A stretch of 64,000 nucleotides of DNA, taken from Candidatus Borrarchaeum weybense (GTDB lineage Archaea > Asgardarchaeota > Sifarchaeia > Borrarchaeales > Borrarchaeaceae). The notes beneath the pieces were generated by a model. It had not been told where the DNA came from and did no database searches. It was given only the letters and a program-made list of their open reading frames with translations. A program made the position numbers and the translations under genes. Numbering within the stretch: position 1 is the stretch's first letter; each line of letters starts with the position of its first letter. Location: positions 64,001 to 128,000 of the forward strand of contig JAHQJS010000008.1 of the NCBI GenBank assembly GCA_019057385.1. The letters run 5' to 3'. Positions 8,820 to 19,100 of this stretch are shown here, piece by piece.

Positions 8820-11234
8820 TTAATTTCTGATCTTTTCTTGGCAGTATTTTACCAGCTCTTGTGTACTTAAATTCTCTACTAATTCCCTCTCAACCTCATT
8901 TAATAGATTATTCCACAGGAATAACACTTGGAGGTTGACGAGATTTTCAAGTCCTTTGATTTCTTCTATCAGATTATCATGAAGGTATAATTCCTTTAGA
9001 TTAGTGATGTTATCCAGCCCCTTAATCTCTCTTATCTTGTTAAAACTTAGAATTAATACTTCAAGTTCGGCAAGGTTATCCAGTCCTGTGATCTCTGTAA
9101 TATCTCTAATATCCATCCAGCTAAGATTCAATCTACGATTCTTAACTTCAACAACCTTACCTCTGACCATCACAGCTGGTAGTTTTCTCATTTTAATTTG
9201 ACAAAATTTAACTACATAAGGAGCGTTCAGGTATCCACTGTCCCCTAAATACTGTTCATCTTCTTGTATTGGATTATCTGTTAGGTTAAGTCTCCTCAAG
9301 TTGTTGAGATTTTCCAAGCCTTTGATTTCTTCTATCAGATTTCCACGTAGGTATAGCTTTTTAAGATTAATGAGAGTATCCAATCCTCGAATATCTTTGA
9401 TCTGATTATCGCTTAGATCAAGTGATTCAAGGCAAGTGAGCCTTTCCAAGCCTTTAACTTCTTCTATCTGGTTATTACTAAAATATAACTCCCGGAGATT
9501 AGTTAGATGTTCCAATACGGTGAGTTTTTCTATTTGATTGCCATTAAGATACAGTATTTTAAGCTGAGTGAGGTTCTCTAATCCTCTGATCTCGATAATA
9601 TCAGAAAGTCCTATCTCACTAAGATCGAGTATATTGTTAGATACATAATATTTTTCCCCTTTAATTGTCACAAATACATCAAATTCGACTTTTATTTTGT
9701 CTTGACAATGTTCAACGACTTTCTGAGCCTGTTTTAAGCCTTGAGCTGCGAGATGTTTCTGATCCTTTCTTAATGGATTTCCTGTAAGATCAAGTTTTTT
9801 TAGTTGCGTAAGCTTTTCTAACCCGCAGATTTCACTTATCTGATTACCTCTAATATTAAGTTCTTGGAGATTGCTGAGAGTGTCTAATCCTTTAATTTCT
9901 CGGATGTCAGCTATTTTTAATTGGCTTAGGTCGAGTTTCCCCATTGTATAATACTTGTCTCCCTTAACTGTCACAAAGGGAATTCGTTCTTCCGTTTTAT
10001 CCTGACAATAACGAACAATCTCCTGTGCGTTCATATCTACGATCTGTGGCTCATCGAACCGTATCGGATTACCCTTAAGATCAAGATACTGGAGATCTTT
10101 CAGACTCTCCAGTCCTTTAATCTCTTCTAGTTGATTATTGCTTAACCTTAACTCTTTGAGTTTAGTAAGGTTGTCCAATCCTTTGATCTCGTAGATATCC
10201 GTGATTTCTTTCTCGCTAAGATCTAAAGTATCGAAAAGAACATAGTAATTTTCCCCTCTAAACGTCACATAATTGTTGCCCGACTTTTTCTCTCGACAGT
10301 ATTTCACAACCTCTTGTACATCTCTCATATCATCTGGTAACGGTTTTTCTATACCAATAGAATAGTTTTGGGACATATCGTTCCATTCTGGAATATATTC
10401 ATCACGAATTGTTGTATAGATTACAGACATTTCATCGTTTCTTATCGGATTAGCACTAAGATCTAGTTCCTGGAGGTTTTTAAGATTCTCCAGTCCTTTA
10501 ATCTCGAAAATACAATTATTATTGAGATACAGGTTTTGGAGGTTTTTAATATTAGTTAATCCTTCAAGTTCTTTGATCTGATTGTTATGTAGGTTTAATT
10601 CCCTTAGCATAACGAGAGTGTCCAAACCCTTGATTTTTTGGATCTGATTACCATAAAGATTAAGTTCTTTGAGGTTAGTGAGGTGTTCAAGTCCTTTAAT
10701 GTCTTTGATTTGATTTTCACCAAGATCTAGTCGTTGAAGGTAAGCAAGATTTTCCAGCCCTTTGATTTCTGTAATGAAATTACCCTTACCCACTTCTGCA
10801 GACCAATAATCAGGACCATTTAGATAGAGTTCTTGTAAGTTAATGAGGTGTTCCAAGCCCTCAATTACTTTTATTTTATTAGTACTGAGACTAAGTATTT
10901 TTAGATTTTTGACGTTCTCCATTCCTTCAATCATTTCTATTTCATTATCCGCAAGATAGAGTTCTTGGAGATTTATGAGGTTCTCCAACCCTGTTATTTC
11001 TATGATCCAATTATTTTCGAGGTTTAATTCCTTAAGATTGTTAAGGTTTTCAAGTCCTTTGATCTCTCTTATCCTGTTATTACTTAGAATTAGCGTTTGA
11101 AGATTGGTGAGATGTTCCAACCCTTTTATTTCTTTGATATCTGTGATTCTACGATTACTAAGATCTAGTACTCCGTCTTCAGCAAAATATTTCTTGCCTT
11201 TAACCGTCACAAACTCCTTTCCCATCCGTCCCAC
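8820..11234 (-). CDS. Modular leucine-rich repeat protein (SDS22-like LRR)
   Basis: Many 22-aa LxxLxLxxNxIxxIxGL repeats in 5 capped modules. Confidence 0.93.
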   Translation of the reverse strand: MGRMGKEFVTVKGKKYFAEDGVLDLSNRRITDIKEIKGLEHLTNLQTLILSNNRIREIKGLENLNNLKELNLENNWIIEITGLENLINLQELYLADNEIEMIEGMENVKNLKILSLSTNKIKVIEGLEHLINLQELYLNGPDYWSAEVGKGNFITEIKGLENLAYLQRLDLGENQIKDIKGLEHLTNLKELNLYGNQIQKIKGLDTLVMLRELNLHNNQIKELEGLTNIKNLQNLYLNNNCIFEIKGLENLKNLQELDLSANPIRNDEMSVIYTTIRDEYIPEWNDMSQNYSIGIEKPLPDDMRDVQEVVKYCREKKSGNNYVTFRGENYYVLFDTLDLSEKEITDIYEIKGLDNLTKLKELRLSNNQLEEIKGLESLKDLQYLDLKGNPIRFDEPQIVDMNAQEIVRYCQDKTEERIPFVTVKGDKYYTMGKLDLSQLKIADIREIKGLDTLSNLQELNIRGNQISEICGLEKLTQLKKLDLTGNPLRKDQKHLAAQGLKQAQKVVEHCQDKIKVEFDVFVTIKGEKYYVSNNILDLSEIGLSDIIEIRGLENLTQLKILYLNGNQIEKLTVLEHLTNLRELYFSNNQIEEVKGLERLTCLESLDLSDNQIKDIRGLDTLINLKKLYLRGNLIEEIKGLENLNNLRRLNLTDNPIQEDEQYLGDSGYLNAPYVVKFCQIKMRKLPAVMVRGKVVEVKNRRLNLSWMDIRDITEITGLDNLAELEVLILSFNKIREIKGLDNITNLKELYLHDNLIEEIKGLENLVNLQVLFLWNNLLNEVERELVENLSTQELVKYCQEKIRN

Positions 11235-11408
11235 TCCCTTAGATGTATATTATTAAGGATTATGAAGTCATTTCTATTTTTTTGCCTGCTCAACGCTTCA
11301 GTCATCCATATAAGACCTTTTTACCTAAATAAACCTTAGTTATTGATTGTAAACAGTCAGCGTAATTAAATACAAATAAGGCTAAGGCAACTCATTATAT
11401 GACTTAAT

Positions 11409-11826
11409 GGCGCGGCGAGGTTGTCTGTGACGACCGAGAGTAGGCAACACGACGGAGTGTTAGTTTGAGGACTGTCTAAAGAAAACTACGTGAATTGCAG
11501 GTTGCCGTTACACGTTCGAGCCCAACCGCCTGAAGTTATAAGGGCTCTACTAATCTTTATTTAGAGGTTAAAACAAACCGTCTACTTCGCGACTCTTCCT
11601 CCTCTTTTTCCCACTTGTCAAAATCAAAATCAATTACAGCTTTTCTTACTGAAAAATTATGGTAACGGAAAAAGTCCCATATTTGATTCGCTAATTCACT
11701 AACATCAATGTAGCAGTGACCTGACGCAGGAGGGGAAAAAGTTAAATTGGGCGGTTCGGCGCCTACCAAGCCCACGAGGACTGCATTCACACAACCGTTG
11801 AAAACGACATAGACCACACAGCTTTT
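11409..11826 (+). ncRNA. Unidentified large structured RNA candidate
   Basis: GC-rich ends with four nested long-range complementarities, G-U pairs favouring + strand, upstream TATA-like element, downstream T-run. Confidence 0.6.
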
Positions 11827-12395
11827 GATTACTAGAGAAAGTCAAAAACAATTTAATGAATTCGTATTAGACACAGAATTAGCAATTCACATGATTTTAA
11901 AAGATTTTTTAATAGTTCTTATATTTTTAAAATGAATTATAAGTATTTCAATAGTTTTTTAGGTGGTGTAAAGCATGGTAACAGCGTTTCATACCAAACT
12001 TACAGCGTTTTGACTTACCAATTTTTTTCCAACCAATTCGATGAAGCTTTCAATATTTTCGATGAAATTTCTAACGATTGTGATAGTATTTTTTCCCCTT
12101 CGATAGATAGTTGTTTAGAACTGTTGACATATTAACTGCTCGCTTTCCTTCAACCCATTTATAAAGACATGCTGCTCATTTATAAACAAATGCGTTTTTT
12201 TCAACGTTGTGTCTTAAGCTTAAGTGTTGTTACGTTTAGTAACGGAAGAAAAAAGGTTTTACCTCATTGTTAAAAGAGATCAAAAATTGTTCTTGCCTTA
12301 ATTCTTTTAAATTAATCTTTATACAGTAATAGCTTTATATAAGGTCTCTTTCAACGCTATGTAATAAGATAATACGCTCATTGGGAATCATAACG

Positions 12396-12436
12396 ACTAC
12401 CGTCAAAAAAATCACTACCGTCAAACAGATCACTAC
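12396..12436. repeat. 18-bp tandem repeat, 2.3 copies
   Basis: ACTACCGTCAAAAAAATC / ACTACCGTCAAACAGATC / ACTAC. Confidence 0.75.
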
Positions 12437-12647
12437 TTGAGGGCAAAAAACTCCTTTTAAGAATGTTTTGATGAAGTAGTGGATTTATTTTGTTTCTTAC
12501 ATCTGAGATGGAATAATATAAAATGAGGTGGTAATCTCTTTGAAAACCATCAAGCAATTTAAGGGTTCTATGATAGCTTTTATAATATGTTTAAGAGTCT
12601 AAACTGAAATATCAATAAAAAAATCTACGAGGCTTAAAGTGGTAAAA

Positions 12648-14015
12648 ATGGTAAGAACACAGAAACAACTCTTTGGTACAAACGGCATACGCGGTGTTGC
12701 AAATAAAGAAATTACTGCTGAATTTTGTGTTAATATGGGTAGTGCCATTGCAACCCATTTCGGGAGAGGAACCCTGATTGTGGGGTGCGATGGGCGTACA
12801 AGTAATCAAATGCTGAAATCAGCTGTCATCTCAGGTATCGTTTCCGCAGGTCTCGGCGTGCTTGATATCGGCTTATGCCCAACGCCTGCACTCCAGTATG
12901 TGATACCTCTCTACGGTGTTAGAGGGGGCGTAATGATAACAGCGTCACATAATCCACCTGAATACAATGGCATCAAGGTTATGGATAGAGATGGGGTTGA
13001 AATCTCTAGTGGAGAGGAATTAGCTATTGAGACAATTTATTTTGAAAAAAGACAACATCTGGCAGAATGGAATATGATTGGAACCATCCAAACGGAGTCA
13101 AAGACATGTGATGTATACAAAGAAGCAATAAAGACACATGTGACGGGCAAAGATGAGATTCTAAGGACAAACTTGAAAGTAGTCGTCGACCCGGCAAACT
13201 CTGTTGGTGCATTAGTGACCCCGTATGTACTTAGGGAACTTGGCTGTAGTGTAATAACTATTAATGGCCACATTGACGGTAGTTTTCCAGGAAGAACCCC
13301 AGAGCCCACTCCAAAGACACTTAAAGACCTTTCAAAAATCGTAGTCAACGTAGGTGCAGATTTCGGTGTAGCGCACGATGGAGACGCTGATCGTGCGATA
13401 TTTGTGGATGAAATAGGAATAGTACAACCAGGAGATCGTACTTTTGCACTTATCGAAAAACATGTCCTGTCAAATAATCCGAAAAACAAAGTAGTAACGC
13501 CCGTTGCTTCTTCTTCAATGATTCAAGAGATTGCAAAGGAAAGTGATTGTGAAATTGTATGGACAAAAGTCGGATCGGTAGGTGTCTCAAGAGCAATTTT
13601 AAGTGAAAATGCGATATTAGGTGGCGAGGAAAATGGTGGTGTATTTTTCAGTGAATTTCAACCCGTGCGTGATGGGGCAATGACTGCTGCATTGATTGCG
13701 GAGATTGTTTCTAAATCGAAAAAAAGTCTATCTACTTTATTGGGCGAATTACCGCAGTATTTTAATGTAAAACTAAAGATTTCGTGCCCGAACGAAAAGA
13801 AAGCGCAAGTAATTGAAACAATTTTAGAAAACACGAAAGAGTACGATTCGATTACAATTGATGGTACGAAGATTCTTACGGATGATGGTTGGGTTCTTAT
13901 TCGTCCCAGTGGTACTGAACCGATTTTTCGAAGTTTTGCTGAGGCAAAAACACAAGAACGCGCAACAGAATTAGCTGAATGGGGTATTTCGCTCGTAAAA
14001 GATGCGCAAAATTGA
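12648..14015 (+). CDS. Phosphohexomutase (GlmM / PMM-PGM family)
   Basis: LFGTNGIRG, TASHNP, DGDADR, GGEENGG, IRPSGTEP. Confidence 0.93.
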   Translation: MVRTQKQLFGTNGIRGVANKEITAEFCVNMGSAIATHFGRGTLIVGCDGRTSNQMLKSAVISGIVSAGLGVLDIGLCPTPALQYVIPLYGVRGGVMITASHNPPEYNGIKVMDRDGVEISSGEELAIETIYFEKRQHLAEWNMIGTIQTESKTCDVYKEAIKTHVTGKDEILRTNLKVVVDPANSVGALVTPYVLRELGCSVITINGHIDGSFPGRTPEPTPKTLKDLSKIVVNVGADFGVAHDGDADRAIFVDEIGIVQPGDRTFALIEKHVLSNNPKNKVVTPVASSSMIQEIAKESDCEIVWTKVGSVGVSRAILSENAILGGEENGGVFFSEFQPVRDGAMTAALIAEIVSKSKKSLSTLLGELPQYFNVKLKISCPNEKKAQVIETILENTKEYDSITIDGTKILTDDGWVLIRPSGTEPIFRSFAEAKTQERATELAEWGISLVKDAQN

Positions 14016-14064
14016 TGGAAAAAACATTAATGATTGATGACAAAAATAGTATGAGGTAATTGTT

Positions 14065-15417
14065 TTGGTACTTGAAAAACTTAGTGGCGCTTTGAATGGT
14101 GCGCTACGCAAATTACTACGTATGCCTACCGTTGACGCAAAAGCGATTAAGGAACTTGTAAAAGACTTGCAACGAGCCCTGTTACAAGCTGACGTAAAGG
14201 TTGATCTTGTTTTTGAACTTTCAAAGAACATTGAACGACGAGCGTTATCAAAGGAACTTCCTCCAGGTATCACTAGAAGAGAACATGTTATAAAGACCGT
14301 TTATGATGAACTTGTAACAATTCTTGGTGAAAAAACTGAAGTTATTCGTATAAAACCTGGTCAAACTTCCATTATAATGTTGATTGGGATTCAAGGCAGC
14401 GGAAAGACGACGTCTTGTGGTAAATTAGCCTATTTTTATAAAAAGAAAGGATTCAAGACTGCACTCGTATGTGGTGATACCTATCGGCCTGCGGCGTTTA
14501 ATCAACTCTCACAACTTGCTGCATCCATAAATGTACCGATTTTCGGAGATACTTCGGAAAAGGACGCAATAAAGGTTGTAAAAAAAGGGGTTGAGCAATT
14601 TACAAATGAAAAACATGAAGTAATTATTGTAGATACCGCTGGACGCCACAAAGATGAAACATCACTTATAGAGGAAATGAAAGGCATAGAACGTTCCATT
14701 CATCCACAAGAGATCATTTTGGTAATAGATGGAACTCTTGGTCAACAAGCGTATACTCAGGCTGAGGCTTTTAATGATGCTACAGATATTGGGGCGATCC
14801 TTGTAACAAAACTTGATGGAAGTGCTCGTGGAGGCGGTGCTTTATCTGCAGTTGCTGCTACAGGAGCTCCAATAAAATTTATCGGTATTGGTGAAAAAAT
14901 AGAAGATTTGGAGAGATTTAATAGCCCTAGATTCGTTGGCAGATTACTTGGAATGGGTGATCTATCATCCCTTATTGAAAAATTGAGAGACGCAGAAGTC
15001 ACCCCTTCTAAAAAAGAAGCCAAAGTATTTCTTTCAGGTAAATTCACCCTGTTAGAGTTCAGAGAGCAGATCAAGAAAATGAAAAAAATGGGTCCTCTAT
15101 CAAAGATATTCAGTTTTCTTCCAGGTGTATCTAATATTCCTGATGAAATGAAATCAATGTCTGAAGAAAAAATCAAGCGATGGGAACATATTCTTGATAG
15201 TATGCGCAGTGAAGAATTAATAAACCCTAAACTTTTGAAACGTTCTCGTGTTGTTCGTGTAGCAAGGGGTTCTGGAACAGATATAAAAGATGTAAGAGAA
15301 TTACTTCAACAATATAACATGCTCAGAAAACTTATGAAAGGCATGAGAGGACGAAGGCGAATGAAAGGACTTCCTATGATGCCCGGTGGGCTTCCTGATA
15401 TGCCCATGGACCTATAG
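14065..15417 (+). CDS. srp54: Signal recognition particle protein SRP54
   Basis: GIQGSGKTT, DTAGRH, TKLDGSARGGGALS, Met-rich M domain. Confidence 0.97.
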   Translation: MVLEKLSGALNGALRKLLRMPTVDAKAIKELVKDLQRALLQADVKVDLVFELSKNIERRALSKELPPGITRREHVIKTVYDELVTILGEKTEVIRIKPGQTSIIMLIGIQGSGKTTSCGKLAYFYKKKGFKTALVCGDTYRPAAFNQLSQLAASINVPIFGDTSEKDAIKVVKKGVEQFTNEKHEVIIVDTAGRHKDETSLIEEMKGIERSIHPQEIILVIDGTLGQQAYTQAEAFNDATDIGAILVTKLDGSARGGGALSAVAATGAPIKFIGIGEKIEDLERFNSPRFVGRLLGMGDLSSLIEKLRDAEVTPSKKEAKVFLSGKFTLLEFREQIKKMKKMGPLSKIFSFLPGVSNIPDEMKSMSEEKIKRWEHILDSMRSEELINPKLLKRSRVVRVARGSGTDIKDVRELLQQYNMLRKLMKGMRGRRRMKGLPMMPGGLPDMPMDL

Positions 15418-15503
15418 TTCACAATCATTATGTCGTCTTTTTCCTTCCACCGTAGAAGTAGCGGGTTTCCTTGAGTTGTTTTTACGGAATTAATGTGATT
15501 TCT

Positions 15504-16844
15504 ATGAATGAAAACCACCTTGACAATAAGATTTGCAGTAAGGCAATTGAACTTCTTAAATCTCATAAATATTTATGCGACAGTTGTCTTGGTCGGCAAT
15601 TTGCGGCTTATGGTAGTGGTTTGGCTAATAAAGAACGAGGATTTGCAATTAAAACTCTACTAACTATGAATGCGCATCGCCTTGAAGATTTGGAATTATT
15701 GAAAGTCCTTGCCATTCATGGTAAATGTGAAAGTGCTATTAAAACACTATTAATTTTTGGAATAGACACGCAACCCCATGATTCAAAGTGCTCTTTATGT
15801 GAAGGAATATTTGATGATTTGCCAAAATATGCAAATGAAATTATTGAAAAAATCAAAGATGTTGATTTTGATACCTTTCTTGTCGGCTCAAAAATTTCGC
15901 CGTTACTATTAGAGCGTGAGGATGAACTTCGAGCAAATTATCGTATTGAATCGGGTGAAGCGTGCAAGTCTGAATTAAATAGAGAACTCGGAAAATATAT
16001 TCACAAATTTACTGAAAAGAATGTAAGTTTTCAGAATCCAGATGTAGTTATTCTTCTGGATACTATAAATAACGAATTATCGATATCTGTGAATCCGCTT
16101 TTCATCTATGGACGTTACCGGAAATTAATTCGAGGAATCCCACAAAGTACGTGGATCTGTTCATCATGTCAAGGAAAAGGATGTAGTGAATGTAATGGGA
16201 CGGGGAAACGATATTCTGAATCAATAGAGGAACTAATCTCCAATCCCACATTAGAATTAACCAAGGGCAAAGATGGCATTCTTCACGCCTCAGGACGCGA
16301 AGATATAGACGCAAAGATGCTTGGAAATGGAAGACCCTTTGTGCTTGAAATTAAAGAGCCTAAAATACGCAACATTTCGCTAGATAAACTTCAAGAGGCA
16401 ATTAACAACTATGCTCAGGGAAAAGTAGAAGTATTAGATCTAAGGAAGATCACTCGAGAGATAATTAGACAAATCAAGGCGCGCTCTAAATTCACAGAAA
16501 AAACTTATAGATTGCTTGTAAAGGTTTCTCGCAAAATAGAAGTTGTTGATGTAAATAGAATTGAGCAAGCATTTCAATCTATCACCATCGATCAGCGGAC
16601 ACCTCAACGAGTTCTGCACAGGCGTGTAGACAAGATTCGTCAGAAAAGAGTATTTAGTTTTAAGATTAATCAAGTCCTTGATGATAATATTATGGAAGTT
16701 ATTGTTCACTGTGAAGGAGGCCTCTATGTCAAAGAATTGTTAACAGGAGATGAAGGATTTACTAAACCCAGTGTTAGCGAATTACTTAATTCAGACATTG
16801 AAGTATTAGAAATTGACGTTATCAAGGTTCATTCTAACTTATAA
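15504..16844 (+). CDS. pus10: tRNA pseudouridine 54/55 synthase Pus10
   Basis: LCDSCLGRQF, GRYRKLIRGIPQ, SGREDIDAKMLG, GGLYVKEL. Confidence 0.95.
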   Translation: MNENHLDNKICSKAIELLKSHKYLCDSCLGRQFAAYGSGLANKERGFAIKTLLTMNAHRLEDLELLKVLAIHGKCESAIKTLLIFGIDTQPHDSKCSLCEGIFDDLPKYANEIIEKIKDVDFDTFLVGSKISPLLLEREDELRANYRIESGEACKSELNRELGKYIHKFTEKNVSFQNPDVVILLDTINNELSISVNPLFIYGRYRKLIRGIPQSTWICSSCQGKGCSECNGTGKRYSESIEELISNPTLELTKGKDGILHASGREDIDAKMLGNGRPFVLEIKEPKIRNISLDKLQEAINNYAQGKVEVLDLRKITREIIRQIKARSKFTEKTYRLLVKVSRKIEVVDVNRIEQAFQSITIDQRTPQRVLHRRVDKIRQKRVFSFKINQVLDDNIMEVIVHCEGGLYVKELLTGDEGFTKPSVSELLNSDIEVLEIDVIKVHSNL

Positions 16845-16889
16845 TATTTGATTTTTGGTCAAATCTCTCAATTGAGGTTGTCTTTAGAC

Positions 16890-17453
16890 ATGTCAAAAGC
16901 ACTTAAATGCGAATTTGTTGAAATCTGTAAACTTCTTTATTTAAGAGGTCTTGCTAAGGCTTGGGGAGGAAATGTAAGCGTTCGGAATGGAAAAAATCAC
17001 ATAATCATTACCCCGAAGGGGACATCATTATTTGATATCTCTTTAGATAATCTTGTTGTAACAACTCTTGACGGATTAGTGGTAGAGGGGGGTCAGCCTT
17101 CATCAGAATTACCTATGCATAGTGCAATTTATCATGCAAGATCTGATATAGGGGCTATCATTCATATTCATTCTCTTTATTCGACTCTTTATTCAATTCT
17201 TAAAAAACCAATTGAATTATTTACCGCTGAGAGCAAAATCCTCATTGGAGCACTTCAATTTGTTGAATATGCTGAACCTGGTTCGCAGAAACTTGCTGGT
17301 CTCGTAGTTAATCGCTTTAAAGATCATAGTGCTTGCATTCTTGCTCGCCATGGAATTGTTGTTGGTGGAAGTTCTTTAAAAAACGCCTATTATCTCGCTG
17401 AATTGATAGAGGAGGCTGCGAAACTTAATTTTTTGAAAAAATTAGTTTGTTAG
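16890..17453 (+). CDS. Class II aldolase/adducin family protein (FucA/MtnB-like)
   Basis: GGNVSVR, PSSELPMH, HIHS, LARHG. Confidence 0.9.
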   Translation: MSKALKCEFVEICKLLYLRGLAKAWGGNVSVRNGKNHIIITPKGTSLFDISLDNLVVTTLDGLVVEGGQPSSELPMHSAIYHARSDIGAIIHIHSLYSTLYSILKKPIELFTAESKILIGALQFVEYAEPGSQKLAGLVVNRFKDHSACILARHGIVVGGSSLKNAYYLAELIEEAAKLNFLKKLVC

Positions 17454-17574
17454 CTAAAAATTAACATAAACGGTTCTTTTAAGATTTTAAATGACAAAAT
17501 ACCTTTGCCTAATGCAAAATTTTCTAAATACAAAAAAACTAGATTGAAAAGAAAAAATGAGAAATTTGATTGAT

Positions 17575-17853
17575 TTAATCAGAGATCGTCTCTAAGATAC
17601 TAACGGCATTCCATATTCGCGTCCTAGCATGGAGGGGACAATTTGGATCCTGAGAAATTTCATCTAGAATTGAAATCGCATTAGAAGCTTTTACCGCAGC
17701 GCTGTCTACCTTATCTGTTTCTATTGCATCGATACTCTCATTGGCAGCTCTTCGAATATTTCTGGGGACACTGGTATCCTCTGATATCATCTTAAGGACT
17801 TGGAGGACTTGCTTTAATTTTTCCTGTGTTTCTTCGCTCATTTGTTTCGCCAC
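17575..17853 (-). CDS. UPF0147 family protein
   Basis: [25 protein letters not shown]. Confidence 0.9.
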   Translation of the reverse strand: MAKQMSEETQEKLKQVLQVLKMISEDTSVPRNIRRAANESIDAIETDKVDSAAVKASNAISILDEISQDPNCPLHARTRIWNAVSILETISD

Positions 17854-17942
17854 CTCAGCAAAAGAACTAATAGTAAACTATTCATATTCCTTAATCATAC
17901 AGCAGTAAGAGAGGTTTTTAAAACTTTTTCACTATACATTAG

Positions 17943-18347
17943 TTGTTAAAGGAATCTGAACTGCAGGCGAGACTGTTGAAAGAATCTGATACAAAAAAAG
18001 AAGAGGCTGGCATTCAAAAAGCAGTTGAATTGATGAGGAAGGGCGCGACGATGCTAAATGAGGCGTGCCCAGAGTGTTCTGGTCCTCTATTTCAGTTGCC
18101 AGAGTCCCGCGATATCATCTGCCCCCAGTGTGAGAAAAAGGTGTTAATAGTTTCCGATGAAGCAGAAGTTCAAGAATTAGAGAAAGAATCTCTTTTGACG
18201 GAATTAGATCAAGCTATTTGTATACAAATTGAAAATGTGATGAGGAGATTAAAAGAAGAAATTGATGCCGACGAACTTATGACAATAGGACGTCTAACCA
18301 TTTTATGGCTTGAAATCCTCGAAAAAACTAAACGTATACGCTCTTGA
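17943..18347 (+). CDS. UPF0148 / autoantigen p27 zinc-ribbon protein
   Basis: GATMLNEACPECSGPLF...CPQC; divergent from UPF0147. Confidence 0.88.
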   Translation: MLKESELQARLLKESDTKKEEAGIQKAVELMRKGATMLNEACPECSGPLFQLPESRDIICPQCEKKVLIVSDEAEVQELEKESLLTELDQAICIQIENVMRRLKEEIDADELMTIGRLTILWLEILEKTKRIRS

Positions 18348-18446
18348 AAGGATTTATTTTATCCTCTCCAGTTTATGATTTTACATAGTTTGCTTGCCCT
18401 GTTCAGTGAAATCTTGATTTTTTAATGACATTTGAATACTTGGTGA

Positions 18447-18791
18447 CTAAATATTGGCAATATATGCTTTTATTTCTTCTAAAATCTTTTTTCTTAGGCT
18501 CATAACCTCGCGCACTTCAATTTCGCGAGCCTCTTTAATAATTGTCTTTAGTTGAACAATATTTCCTACTGCTTGGATGTTTTCGATACCTACTGGAAAT
18601 TCTACTTCAAGACCTTTAACAACAATTTCTGCCTTAATTTGAGGAAGCTGTGATAAACTCAATCTTACACTGCGGATTATTCCGATCCTTCTTGCTCCAG
18701 CATCAACAACTTCTTTACCTAATATCTTTCCTGGCACGATGAGTTCGTATAGCTCAATTTCGGTGAGTTTTTTTCCTTCAGGGTGTTCCAA
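18447..18791 (-). CDS. PRC-barrel domain protein
   Basis: ILGKEVVDAGARRIG...IQAVGNIVQL. Confidence 0.75.
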   Translation of the reverse strand: MEHPEGKKLTEIELYELIVPGKILGKEVVDAGARRIGIIRSVRLSLSQLPQIKAEIVVKGLEVEFPVGIENIQAVGNIVQLKTIIKEAREIEVREVMSLRKKILEEIKAYIANI

Positions 18792-19100
18792 TTTCGTTCT
18801 AGCCCTCCTTGTCTTATTCTTACTACACTTAATAATTGGTGAATTTTTCCTTTTTTTAATTATGTATCATTAATGAAAGTTGTAGATTAGCATTTGTTTG
18901 TTATCTTGAGATTTCAATTAAAAACTACATCACACACTTCTCTATACTTTTTTTAACTTAGTCTTTTCTTCTCCTACACTATGTTTGGGTTAAACTCATT
19001 AATGAAACATTATTGAAATTTAATCTTGTAGAAACAAAATTGAATATCCTTCGTATAGAACATTTATCCATTTGCTTATAGCGGTTTCTGGTGCGAATTC

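Noticed and set aside
8820-11234. Diversity-generating retroelement target
   Set aside because: No reverse transcriptase and no template/variable repeat pair with adenine-specific mismatches seen.
11409-11826. Assignment as RNase P RNA, SRP RNA, tmRNA, 5.8S/5S-like RNA or group I/II intron
   Set aside because: Only short resemblances (GAGGACTGTC, GAAAACTACG, GTGAATTGCAG, GACATAGACC). I found no P4 partner, SRP helix 8 motif, tRNA-like domain with CCA, or group II domain V.
11932-12135. 67-aa ORF, and the many short antisense ORFs in the track
   Set aside because: No recognisable motifs; most are shadows of well-supported genes on the other strand.
12396-12436. CRISPR or TIGR-like array
   Set aside because: Only 2.3 short units with no unique spacers; no cas genes in the window.
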